Shown: positions 51,593-60,849 of the stretch, piece by piece | Layout: each line of letters opens with the position of its first letter | How positions within the stretch are numbered: the first letter of the stretch is position 1 | Assembly: GCA_964536615.1 (NCBI GenBank) | Contig: CAZHYG010000002.1 | Location: forward strand, 45,000-108,999 | Direction: 5' to 3' | Length of the DNA: 64,000 bases | Origin: an uncultured Gammaproteobacteria bacterium | GTDB taxonomy: Bacteria; Patescibacteriota; Patescibacteriia; Magasanikbacterales; GWA2-37-8 | Notes under the pieces: model-generated | Told to the model about the DNA's origin: nothing | What the model saw: only the letters and a program-made list of their open reading frames with translations | Databases searched by the model: none | Made by a program: the position numbers and the translations under genes

Positions 51593-52492
51593 CTACTTGA
51601 TGTAGTCGGGATGACGGTAGGACGGCATGACACCACCCTTCAAAAACGACATCTCTGGGTCGGTGTTTTCCGCCTGAGCAAAGAAGCTCTGGCGGACGAA
51701 CTTCGTCCCGAGCTTGTTCATATGGCGGATATGGCCCTCCGGGTCGACGTCTGGGTCGGGGGCCCGATAGACCCTGACACCATCACCCCTGGGGAGGATA
51801 GGCGCGAAACAGGGGCCGAAGGTGCGCGCCAGCCGGATGAGTGGCACGATCTCTTCCACGCCCGCATTGTCGTAAGCATAGAAGAGCTTGCCGCTTTCCC
51901 AGGCTTCCGCGCGGGACTTGATCGGCGCATCCTTCTTCGGCTTGGCGCTTCGAGCGTCGAAGCAACCCACCTGAACCAGCGACATGAGATGCCACATCGC
52001 GAAGGTGTTCGCAATGCGGCCCTGCATGATCGACTCGGTCAGCTCAGTGATGGCGAGTCCCATCGCGAGCGCGCCAGCTTCGGCGGCAGTGACCAGATCT
52101 TCCGCGGCTTCATTCGTGAAGTAGGCCTCGGCCTCCTTTGAAAGAACAATGCCGTAGTCACAACCGGCGCGGAGGAGCTTGGCCGTCCCGTAGTTCAAGA
52201 TGCCGACGAAGATGTCGCCGTGCTTGACCTCGGAAACGAACACACCCTTCCAGCCCTTGACCCGGATGGCCTCGCGCAGCTTGGGCGCGGTTTGGCCACA
52301 GTCCTTCTCGGCGTAGGCATCGTCCGTGGGGACGAGGATCTCGACGCGCGAGACGAACGAGCGTCCACCGACCTGAACGGACAGCATCCGCTCCACACTT
52401 GCCACCGCAAGAGCGACGGCGTTGTCGACCAGGTTTGGTTCACGAGCAAAACAGCGCAGGAGGGCGCCTACCTTCTTTGAATCGAGCAGCAT
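51593..52492 (-). CDS. GC-rich hypothetical protein, possibly divergent GT-A fold
   Basis: GC-rich codons and GGAG SD (52499-52502) 6 nt before the ATG at 52492. VEILVPTD and ILNYG......GCDYGIVL weakly recall GT2 segments. Confidence 0.75.
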   Translation of the reverse strand: MLLDSKKVGALLRCFAREPNLVDNAVALAVASVERMLSVQVGGRSFVSRVEILVPTDDAYAEKDCGQTAPKLREAIRVKGWKGVFVSEVKHGDIFVGILNYGTAKLLRAGCDYGIVLSKEAEAYFTNEAAEDLVTAAEAGALAMGLAITELTESIMQGRIANTFAMWHLMSLVQVGCFDARSAKPKKDAPIKSRAEAWESGKLFYAYDNAGVEEIVPLIRLARTFGPCFAPILPRGDGVRVYRAPDPDVDPEGHIRHMNKLGTKFVRQSFFAQAENTDPEMSFLKGGVMPSYRHPDYIK

Positions 52493-52608
52493 GATCATCT
52501 CCAGATTGGTGGGCCCTTGGGGTTCTTTTCCCCTCGGGCACTCTGTCGATTTTCCCTCTAAAAAGAGAGGGGGCTTCATTACACACTTCTTTATATGTGT
52601 AACAAAGG

Positions 52609-52637
52609 AGCATACTACAAAAACCAGGCTTCGTCAA
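52609..52637 (-). promoter_or_regulatory. Sigma70 promoter of GC-rich unit 2
   Basis: Minus strand TTGACG-N17-TATGCT. Confidence 0.65.
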
Positions 52638-52661
52638 GCCTGATATAGAAAACAAAACCTA

Positions 52662-53522
52662 TTAAAACTCCACTATACTACCTATTAAATCGGTTCGGAG
52701 AATCTGTATCTGCGCCCTTTCCAATTTTCGCAAGACTCGCAAAGACGGGTGTCCGTATTTATTACGCGCACCTACAGAAATAACGGCTTCTTTGGCTTTA
52801 ACCGCCTTTAAAAAATTTTCTCCCGACGATGTGTCGCTGCCATGATGACCAACTTTAAGAACCCTTGCTTCCAGAGACGGGCAATCAAACGTAGATGTGT
52901 TCACACAATATTTGGCAAGCAAAGCGTCTTCCAGCGGCATTTCCATATCGGCGGTAAATAAAAAACTGCTGCTGGCATTAGTTAAACGAAATATAATGGA
53001 ATAATTATTACTATCATCGGCGCCAACAGACATATTCAAAGTTTTATCCGGAGATAAAAACTCCAAAGTAGAGCTGGCTATTTTCCACACTTCCGGAGCG
53101 TTAATGATTTGTGTCTGCGCCCGCTCGCCTGCCGCTGCCTGCTCAAATGTTTTATAAAAAGAATCCGGTTTAACATGTCCGTTAAGAATGATTTTTTTAA
53201 CTACATAGTTTCGCAGCACGTCCACACAGCCGCCATAATGATCCAAATCGGGATGTGTAACCAGCAGATAATCTATAGTGCGATCATAAAACCGCAACGA
53301 CTGGCCAAGCTGAGATAAAATTTTTCTATCCGGCCCGCAATCTACCAGCATCTGTTCTCCATTTGCAAAATCAATAAGCGTCGCGTCGCCTTGTCCGATA
53401 TCAAAAAAACTTACTTTAAACGCATGTCTGGCAGTTTCTTTATACAAAAAATAAATCAGCAAACCCACTGAGAACAACAATACAATACCGGCAATAATCA
53501 AAAGTTTTTTGCGTAACAGCAT
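52662..53522 (-). CDS. ComEC-type metallo-beta-lactamase domain protein (stand-alone)
   Basis: DIGQGDA, THPDLDHYGG, NNYS, KVGHHGS, ISVG..N.YGHP, RTD..G. Start placed at MLLRKK. Confidence 0.9.
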   Translation of the reverse strand: MLLRKKLLIIAGIVLLFSVGLLIYFLYKETARHAFKVSFFDIGQGDATLIDFANGEQMLVDCGPDRKILSQLGQSLRFYDRTIDYLLVTHPDLDHYGGCVDVLRNYVVKKIILNGHVKPDSFYKTFEQAAAGERAQTQIINAPEVWKIASSTLEFLSPDKTLNMSVGADDSNNYSIIFRLTNASSSFLFTADMEMPLEDALLAKYCVNTSTFDCPSLEARVLKVGHHGSDTSSGENFLKAVKAKEAVISVGARNKYGHPSLRVLRKLERAQIQILRTDLIGSIVEF

Positions 53523-53589
53523 TGATTTAATATAATTACCAAGCGTATAATGTACCCATAGTATCATATTTACTTATTCGCAACCATCT

Positions 53590-54693
53590 ATGAATAAAGC
53601 CTCTGTTATACGTTTTTTCTATCAAAACTTTCTTAAGAAAATATTTTTTCGCATTGACCCCGAAGTGGTGCATGACCACATGGTGCGTGCCGGCATATTC
53701 CTAGGTTCGCACGCGTTTACCCGCACTATCACCCGCTGGTTTTTTGACTACCAAAACGACGTGCTTAAGCAGCAAATTTTAGGAATTACGTTTGCCAATC
53801 CAGTCGGCTTATCGGCAGGCTTTGATAAAAATGCCGAGCTGACCGATATTCTTCCATGTGTTGGTTTTGGCTTTGTTGAAGTAGGATCTGTTACCGGAGA
53901 ACCTTGCGCCGGCAATCCCAAGCCAAGATTGTGGCGCTTACCGCAAAGCAAAGGCTTGGTGGTATATTACGGATTAAAAAATGACGGTTGCGTCGCTATC
54001 GCCAACCGTTTGCGCAGTAAAAAATTTACCTTTCCGGTTGGCGTTAGTATTGCTAAAACAAATTGCGAAAGAACAGCAGACACACAAGCTGGCGTTGAAG
54101 ATTACACTGCCGCATATGTGGCTCTTAAAGATATCGGTGATTATATAACGGTTAACATTAGCTGCCCGAACGCATTTGGCGGACAACCATTTACCGATAC
54201 TGAACGGCTTGAAAAGCTGCTCGCGTCTTTAGACCAGCACCCATCTTCCAAACCGATTTTTATTAAACTATCTCCGGATTTAAGCGACGCTGAGCTTGAG
54301 AATATTATATGTGTTTCAGAAAATCATCATGTAGACGGTTTTATCTGCACCAACCTTGTTAAAAAAAGAGAAAATATTACCCTAGCTGATAAAACACTTC
54401 CGGAAACCGGAGGCATCAGTGGCCGCGCCATTAGCGCTCAATCGGATCGCTGCATTGCGACCGTATACAAAAAAACGGGCGGTAAGAAAATAATCATTGG
54501 CGTGGGAGGCATATTTAGCGCCGAAGATGCATATGCAAAAATACGCCTTGGCGCTTCTCTATTACAACTTATTACCGGCATGATATTTGAAGGGCCGCAG
54601 CTGATTGGCGAAATAAACCGAGGATTGGTGCGGCTGTTAAAACGCGACGGGTTTAACCATATTTCTGAAGCAATCGGCGTTGATAATAAATAA
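53590..54693 (+). CDS. pyrD: Dihydroorotate dehydrogenase, class 2-like
   Basis: DPE..H, NPVGLSAGFDKN, GN.KPRL.RL, NISCPN, KLSPD, GGISG, GVGGI, GASL.QL.TG.I.EGP. Confidence 0.92.
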   Translation: MNKASVIRFFYQNFLKKIFFRIDPEVVHDHMVRAGIFLGSHAFTRTITRWFFDYQNDVLKQQILGITFANPVGLSAGFDKNAELTDILPCVGFGFVEVGSVTGEPCAGNPKPRLWRLPQSKGLVVYYGLKNDGCVAIANRLRSKKFTFPVGVSIAKTNCERTADTQAGVEDYTAAYVALKDIGDYITVNISCPNAFGGQPFTDTERLEKLLASLDQHPSSKPIFIKLSPDLSDAELENIICVSENHHVDGFICTNLVKKRENITLADKTLPETGGISGRAISAQSDRCIATVYKKTGGKKIIIGVGGIFSAEDAYAKIRLGASLLQLITGMIFEGPQLIGEINRGLVRLLKRDGFNHISEAIGVDNK

Positions 54694-54695
54694 AA

Positions 54696-55304
54696 TTATT
54701 TCTTTGCAATAATAATCTGATTAACCCAAAGCTCGCCTTCTTTTATAAAAACTTCTTCTTGTATTTGGAAAGCAAGCGACTCAATAATTTCTCTGACTTT
54801 TTCTGGACGATGATAATATGATTCTATAATAATCAAGCCGCTATCAGTTTTTACTTCTGGCGGAGTTTTTTGATTAATGTTTGTTACTGCCAAAATTCCT
54901 CCATCCTTTAAAACTCTGTATGCTTCATCAAAAAACCTGGTCGGATCTTTTAAATGCACAATCAAAAATGAAGCTGTCACGATATCAAATGTTTCATCGG
55001 CAAAATCCAAACGCTCCGCATCGCCCACCTGAGTTATAATCTTATTATTTTTTCTTTTAAGAAGCTCCAACATTTTTGGCGAAACATCTACTGCTGTAAC
55101 CTGCGCACCCCTATTTGCCATAGGCAAAGATAAGCGGCCCGTACCAGCTCCCACGTCTAAAACTGCCTTGCCGGCCAAAGAGCCAAGCAACGGCACCAGC
55201 TCCCCTTGCTCAAAACTATTTAGGTAATTCTCGTTTTTATCATATTCCTTAGCAGCCAAATTGTATCCGTCTTCGGAAGATAATACTTTTATTTTTTTTG
55301 CCAT
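54696..55304 (-). CDS. Class I SAM-dependent methyltransferase
   Basis: VLDVGAGTG, VDVSPKML, GDAERL.F....FD, RVLK.GG. Confidence 0.88.
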   Translation of the reverse strand: MAKKIKVLSSEDGYNLAAKEYDKNENYLNSFEQGELVPLLGSLAGKAVLDVGAGTGRLSLPMANRGAQVTAVDVSPKMLELLKRKNNKIITQVGDAERLDFADETFDIVTASFLIVHLKDPTRFFDEAYRVLKDGGILAVTNINQKTPPEVKTDSGLIIIESYYHRPEKVREIIESLAFQIQEEVFIKEGELWVNQIIIAKK

Positions 55305-56830
55305 ACAAATATTTTTTGTTTTTTATGTTCTCGCACAATTATATATATGATGCTGCTATATAGCAAGATCATGGCCCAAAACGGAATGTGCACTTCAAGC
55401 GCAGACCAAGCCTGCCTGCCAAACCAATCCACCACCATTATAACATACCTGGTGCCCAGCCAAGCACACCACGCTACCGCCTGACCCAATGGAAAAAATA
55501 TAAAACTGAGCACAAGCCCCACAAAACCAAATAGCATAAGCATCGGAATAATCCAAAGCACTAATATGTTTACCAGCGGCGCTGATACGGAAAATCTGCC
55601 GAACTGATGCATGATAAGCGGTAACGTAGCCACAATCGCGGCCATGGTAGTAAAAAAAGTTTCAGATATAGTTTGTATAAAAGCCGGCATAGCACCAACA
55701 ACCGACTCGGCATAGCGCTGAAAAATTGGCGCGATATATACCAACCCGATAGTGGCTAAAAACGACAGCTGAAATCCCGCGTCCCATAATAAGACATATG
55801 GATTAAAAATCATCATAACCACAGCCGCATATATAAGCGCGCGGCTTATAGCAGACATGCGACCGATATGCTGAGAAACAAGTGTTAACAGCGCCATAAT
55901 TCCAGCTCGCACTACCGAAGCGCTAGCACCGGTAAAAAATACAAAACAACCAACCAGGCAAACCAAAAACCAAAAGGATTGCCGCCGAAATAATCCGGCG
56001 TATATAAGAAGCGTATTAAGAGCCACAACCATAATGGTTACGTTGTACCCGGATACCGCCACAATATGACTCACTCCCGTGCGGCTAAAATTGTCTGTTA
56101 TCTGCTTGGGAAGCCCGCTGCGACTACCGTACAATATACCAGCCAATAAACTACTATCCGGCTCAGGCCAAAGCTTAGCAATATGCGCAGCAATTATATT
56201 TTTAACTGTCAGCATATACATAACTACTCTGTTGCCTTTATTGCCTCCCAACGATTTAATTTTTGGATTGCCGCACACAGACCATACATTTTGTTTGGCC
56301 AAATATTTTTTGTAATTAAACCCGCTGCCTTCTATATTTTTAGGCTCTTGCAATACGCATTCCATTTGCAGCGCTTCTCCATACATATACTCCGGATATA
56401 TTTTTGTTTTTAGCAGAATATTTCCTGATACATTGCGCCATTTATCTTTTTCTTGCAGACGCGTGGCGCGCAATATAAACTGCGCTTCGCCAATACCGCG
56501 ATACGGTTCGGCATTAACAAACCCTTCGATTGTTAACTTTTGATTATAGTACGCATAAACAGAGGAAGAATTTATATGTGGTATGGTTATTAAAAATCGG
56601 CATCCGCCCGCTAGAAATACACATATACATGCCAAAATAAACGCAATATATTTTTTATGCCAACACATAATAGCGCTGGCAGCCAAACCAAACATTGCAA
56701 CATACGCATACATCAAAAAACGATCTGTGTTTAACAAAGAAAAGCTGCCTGCGCCGGCAATAAAACAAAAACAAAACGCCAGAAGCATTTTGTTTTTGGA
56801 TAACAAAATTTTTTCCACCCCCTCCTTCAT
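55289..56830 (-). CDS. comEC: ComEC/Rec2 competence membrane protein (DUF4131 + Competence domain)
   Basis: FNY..YL, TGVSHIVAVSGYN, SVVRA.IM, NP..L.D.GFQLSF.AT. Confidence 0.92.
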   Translation of the reverse strand: MKEGVEKILLSKNKMLLAFCFCFIAGAGSFSLLNTDRFLMYAYVAMFGLAASAIMCWHKKYIAFILACICVFLAGGCRFLITIPHINSSSVYAYYNQKLTIEGFVNAEPYRGIGEAQFILRATRLQEKDKWRNVSGNILLKTKIYPEYMYGEALQMECVLQEPKNIEGSGFNYKKYLAKQNVWSVCGNPKIKSLGGNKGNRVVMYMLTVKNIIAAHIAKLWPEPDSSLLAGILYGSRSGLPKQITDNFSRTGVSHIVAVSGYNVTIMVVALNTLLIYAGLFRRQSFWFLVCLVGCFVFFTGASASVVRAGIMALLTLVSQHIGRMSAISRALIYAAVVMMIFNPYVLLWDAGFQLSFLATIGLVYIAPIFQRYAESVVGAMPAFIQTISETFFTTMAAIVATLPLIMHQFGRFSVSAPLVNILVLWIIPMLMLFGFVGLVLSFIFFPLGQAVAWCAWLGTRYVIMVVDWFGRQAWSALEVHIPFWAMILLYSSIIYIIVREHKKQKIFVWQKK

Positions 56831-56836
56831 ACTGCA

Positions 56837-59800
56837 CTAAACCACGATACTAATTAATTTTCCTTTGACGTAAATAATTTTTTTCGGTTCTTTTCCTTCC
56901 AGCCATTTTTGCACTGCGGGACTAGCCAAGACAATTTCTTTGGCAGCAGCTTCGGTAATTTCTGCATCTACAGAAATTGCATCGCGCAATTTGCCATTTA
57001 TCTGCACCGCCAATGTAATTTCCTGCTCTTTAGTTAGAGCTTCGTTATATTCCGGCCAAACCTCTAAAGCAATGCTGCCGCTATTTCCCAATTGATTCCA
57101 TATTTCTTCGCATAAATGAGGCGCGAACGGAGATAATATTTTTACAAACAAAGCATAATCAGACGCGGCGATCTTTTCTTGCTTAGACATTTCATTTGCC
57201 AGCTCCATCATTTTAGCAATGGCCGTATTAAACCGCATATCATCAATATCTTCCGTCACTTTTTTTATAGTTTGATGCAAATACATTTGCGTCTTTGCGT
57301 CTGACGCGGCTGCGCCGCTGGTTTTTTCCTGCAACCCCCAGACTTTTTCCAAAAACCTTCGTACACCCACCAAACCATTAGTATCCCATTCCACCGCCTG
57401 ATCAAACGGGCCCATAAACATAATGTAAGTGCGCAAGGCATCAGCGCCAAATTGCCCCACCATTTCATCCGGGTTTACCACATTGCCGCGGGATTTACTC
57501 ATCTTTTCTCCGCCTTTTGCCAAAATCATGCCGTGCGATGTGCGTTTTTTGTACGGTTCACTGGTTGGCACAAAACCAACATCATACAAAAATTGATTCC
57601 AGAAACGCGAATACAACAAATGCAGCACCGTATGTTCCATGCCGCCATTGTACCAATCTACAGGCATCCACTGTTTTAATAATTCTTGATTCCAAAAATT
57701 CTGTTCTGCCAATCTTTTTTCACCGCCCAGCGCGTACGCCAAGAAATACCAGCTGGACCCGGCCCAATTTGGCATTGTATCTGTTTCACGCCGTGCTGCC
57801 CCGCCACAATTTGGACATTTTGTTTTTACCCATTTTTCCATAGCGGCCAATGGTGATTCACCTGTATCGGTTGGCTGATACTGTTCAACTTTAGGAAGTT
57901 TAAGCGGCAATTCGCTTTCTGGCAGCGGCACCCAGCCGGTGTTTTTAGCTGAAACAATAATCTCCGACAAAAAGCTGCCGGTATATTGATTAAAATGACC
58001 GAAACCATTTGTTTTATACAGATACCAATCTGATGGATATATTGAACGCGAGGGTTCGGGTACTTTCTCATCGTCTGCAGACCATACTACAGTTTTATTT
58101 TTTACTAATGAGGAAACCAGTTCAATATCAATTGGCGTTTCAATAAATAGTCGCAACAACTCAACACTGTCTTCGTGATCTGGATGATCTTTTTTTCTAA
58201 TATCCCAATATTGCTCTGAATATTTTCCAAATGCTGGCGCAATTAAATACAGTGAACCGATACGTTTTTTATTTTTTGCCAAAACGCTTAAAGCCGCGTG
58301 TCCGCCTAAACTATGCCCTATCACAATATCATTTTCACCCAACTGTTCGACATACTGTTTTAATTCTTCCATCCATTTTTCAAATACAGGCTCATCTTTC
58401 GTAGACATTACTGGCGCCATCACTTCAAAACCCTGCGCTTCAAGCTGTTTTTGCAGTGCGCCTGTAGTCACGCCAGAACTTCTAAACCCATGAATAAGCA
58501 ATACTTTTTGTTTTTTATTTTTACAGTGCTCGCAATACACAAGCGGAATCGGTTCACCCCAATACCGCTGGCGAGAAAATACCCAATCGCGCAATTTATA
58601 ATTTGTCTGCTTTTTGCCGATTTTATTTTTTTCCAGCCAGGCAACTATTTTTTCTTTAGCCTCATCTGAAACTAAACCATCAAATTCTCCCGAATTAACT
58701 ATTCTACCAGTTTCGGTAAATGGTTTATTTTTTATATAATGCTCAAAAAAAACTTTATGACTTGTGGCAAATGTAGGAAGTTTTAAAATCTCTTCAGCAC
58801 TCATCCAACCTCCTTTTACAGTTTCGGCATCAATTATTTCACGGCGAGCGTTACTACCTAGTTGAGCAACAAATACAGAATCGTGGCAAATTTCTTCACG
58901 AGATTTCCTTACTTTATAACCTCGACCATATGCATGCTCAAGCAGAGGTTTAATACTTTTAATATCTGTATAACCTGATTCTTCGGTAACTTCACGTGAA
59001 GCAGTATCTAAAACAGCTTCACCGGATTCAACATGCCCCCCAACAAAACCTTGTAATGCTTCAGAAAAATTAACTACATAAAACAATTCTTTGTCCCAAT
59101 GTTTAATAATGGTGGTAGCTGCACGAAACTCAATAATATTTTGATCACTGCGTGGAGCACCATCTCCAGTTTGCACAATATATGGTGCAACAACTTGTTT
59201 AATCGGCAGCCCAAACTTCTTTGCAAAATCAAAATCACGTTCATCATGCGCTGGCACGCCCATAAGCGCCCCCGTACCAACTCCACCCATTACATAATTG
59301 GTTACCCATACCGACACAGATTCTTTTGATACCGGGTTAACAGCCAATACATCCGTGCGTACACCGGTTTTTTCTTGCTCTTCACGCGTGGTAATTGCAG
59401 CGCGATTTTTTAATTCTTGATCAATATATTGCACCACTTCTGCGCTTGGCTTCCAACCGGCGTCCAGCCAGCTTTTTGCCAGCTCCGGAGAAATAGCTAA
59501 AAAAGTTACGCCAAAAATAGTATCGGGGCGCGTAGTAAACACGGTAACTGAATACGCGCCGTCAGCCTGACCCGGCACACGCAACGGAAACACCACTTCC
59601 GCGCCTTCGCTTTTACCAATCCAATTTTCCTGTTGCACGCGAGCGCGTTCAATATAATTTACATCTTTGAGGCCTTCCAATAATTTATCGGCATATTTGG
59701 TTATACCGAGCATCCATTGTTCTTTGTTTCTTTTTTCTACAGCTGTACCGCAACGCTCACAACAACCCCCAACCACCTCTTCATTAGCCAAACCAATTTT

Positions 59801-60307
59801 ATCTTTAGGGCACCAATTGATTGGCTGATTTTTTTTATATGCCAAACCATGCTTGTAGAATTGCAAAAACAACCACTGTGTCCATTTATAATAATTGGGA
59901 TCAGTAGTATCTACCTGCCTTGACCAATCAAAACCAAAGCCGAGCATTTTTAACTGCCGAGTAAAATTGGCAATATTTTTTTTGGTCACTTCGGCTGGCG
60001 GCTTGCCAGTTTTAATAGCAAAATTTTCGGTTGGCAATCCAAAGGCATCAAAACCAATCGGAAACAAAACATTTTTGCCCTCCATGCGTTTTTTACGAGT
60101 TATAACATCCATGGCGGTAAACGGACGCGGATGGCCAACATGCAAACCTTCACCACTCGGATATGGAAACTCAATCAGGCCATAAAACTTTTCCCCGGAA
60201 GGGATCCCTGCGGGACTTTGGGTATTTTCTGCAACCTCAAATGTTTTTTGTTTAGCCCAATATTTTTGCCATTTTGGCTCAATTTTTTTCGGATCGTATT
60301 TTTTCAT
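56837..60307 (-). CDS. leuS: Leucine--tRNA ligase with inserted Nudix and alpha/beta-hydrolase domains
   Basis: FPYPSG.GLHVGH, FTTRPDT, GTG....PAHDERD, RDW.FSRQRYWGEPIP, KMSKS; 1156 aa. Confidence 0.96.
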   Translation of the reverse strand: MKKYDPKKIEPKWQKYWAKQKTFEVAENTQSPAGIPSGEKFYGLIEFPYPSGEGLHVGHPRPFTAMDVITRKKRMEGKNVLFPIGFDAFGLPTENFAIKTGKPPAEVTKKNIANFTRQLKMLGFGFDWSRQVDTTDPNYYKWTQWLFLQFYKHGLAYKKNQPINWCPKDKIGLANEEVVGGCCERCGTAVEKRNKEQWMLGITKYADKLLEGLKDVNYIERARVQQENWIGKSEGAEVVFPLRVPGQADGAYSVTVFTTRPDTIFGVTFLAISPELAKSWLDAGWKPSAEVVQYIDQELKNRAAITTREEQEKTGVRTDVLAVNPVSKESVSVWVTNYVMGGVGTGALMGVPAHDERDFDFAKKFGLPIKQVVAPYIVQTGDGAPRSDQNIIEFRAATTIIKHWDKELFYVVNFSEALQGFVGGHVESGEAVLDTASREVTEESGYTDIKSIKPLLEHAYGRGYKVRKSREEICHDSVFVAQLGSNARREIIDAETVKGGWMSAEEILKLPTFATSHKVFFEHYIKNKPFTETGRIVNSGEFDGLVSDEAKEKIVAWLEKNKIGKKQTNYKLRDWVFSRQRYWGEPIPLVYCEHCKNKKQKVLLIHGFRSSGVTTGALQKQLEAQGFEVMAPVMSTKDEPVFEKWMEELKQYVEQLGENDIVIGHSLGGHAALSVLAKNKKRIGSLYLIAPAFGKYSEQYWDIRKKDHPDHEDSVELLRLFIETPIDIELVSSLVKNKTVVWSADDEKVPEPSRSIYPSDWYLYKTNGFGHFNQYTGSFLSEIIVSAKNTGWVPLPESELPLKLPKVEQYQPTDTGESPLAAMEKWVKTKCPNCGGAARRETDTMPNWAGSSWYFLAYALGGEKRLAEQNFWNQELLKQWMPVDWYNGGMEHTVLHLLYSRFWNQFLYDVGFVPTSEPYKKRTSHGMILAKGGEKMSKSRGNVVNPDEMVGQFGADALRTYIMFMGPFDQAVEWDTNGLVGVRRFLEKVWGLQEKTSGAAASDAKTQMYLHQTIKKVTEDIDDMRFNTAIAKMMELANEMSKQEKIAASDYALFVKILSPFAPHLCEEIWNQLGNSGSIALEVWPEYNEALTKEQEITLAVQINGKLRDAISVDAEITEAAAKEIVLASPAVQKWLEGKEPKKIIYVKGKLISIVV

Positions 60308-60378
60308 ACTCTCAACTTTGCTTATAGAAACATATTAAACCTATTTTCTTAGTTTACCTAAGAATAGACAAATAATCA

Positions 60379-60411
60379 AGAAAAGACAGCCATTTTCAGG
60401 CTGTCTTTTTT
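60379..60411 (-). terminator. Terminator after trxA
   Basis: AAAAGACAGCC-loop-GGCTGTCTTTT. Confidence 0.65.
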
Positions 60412-60426
60412 ATATATGTATTTTAT

Positions 60427-60747
60427 TTATACGTGCTTATCAATCATTGCTTGCAGCTTTTCTTTCGGCACGCCGCCAACCACTTGGTCTGCCGGCTGTC
60501 CGTCTTTAAACAATACAAAAGAAGGGATGCTCATGATGTTATATTTGGTGGCGATTTCCGGATTTTCATCTACATTGCATTTGCCGATTTTTATATTTTT
60601 ACCTTCGTAGGCTTTGGCCATTTCTTCTACCACCGGCCCCATCATTTGGCATGGACCGCACCAGGCTGCCCAAAAATCAACAAAAACAGGTGTAGTTGAT
60701 TTTAACACTTCAGCATCAAAGTTTGCTTCAGTAAATATGTGTTCCAT
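60427..60747 (-). CDS. trxA: Thioredoxin
   Basis: VDFWA.WCGPC, SIP; start at MEHIF. Confidence 0.95.
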   Translation of the reverse strand: MEHIFTEANFDAEVLKSTTPVFVDFWAAWCGPCQMMGPVVEEMAKAYEGKNIKIGKCNVDENPEIATKYNIMSIPSFVLFKDGQPADQVVGGVPKEKLQAMIDKHV

Positions 60748-60849
60748 ATTATGAAAAGAGTGATAGAAAAAGTTAAATGTGCTTAACTTTTTCCGATAAA
60801 TAAGCATACACGGGCTACCGCCTATGTATTTTAAAAATTAATAATACGG

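Noticed and set aside
51611-52655. Alternative-frame ORFs and the 52579 start in the second GC island
   Set aside because: These are shadows of the GC-rich gene. The 52579 extension runs through leader hairpins, and the SD supports 52492.
57945-59125. Inteins in leuS
   Set aside because: The inserts lack C/S...HN splice termini and LAGLIDADG motifs, and instead show hydrolase and Nudix motifs.
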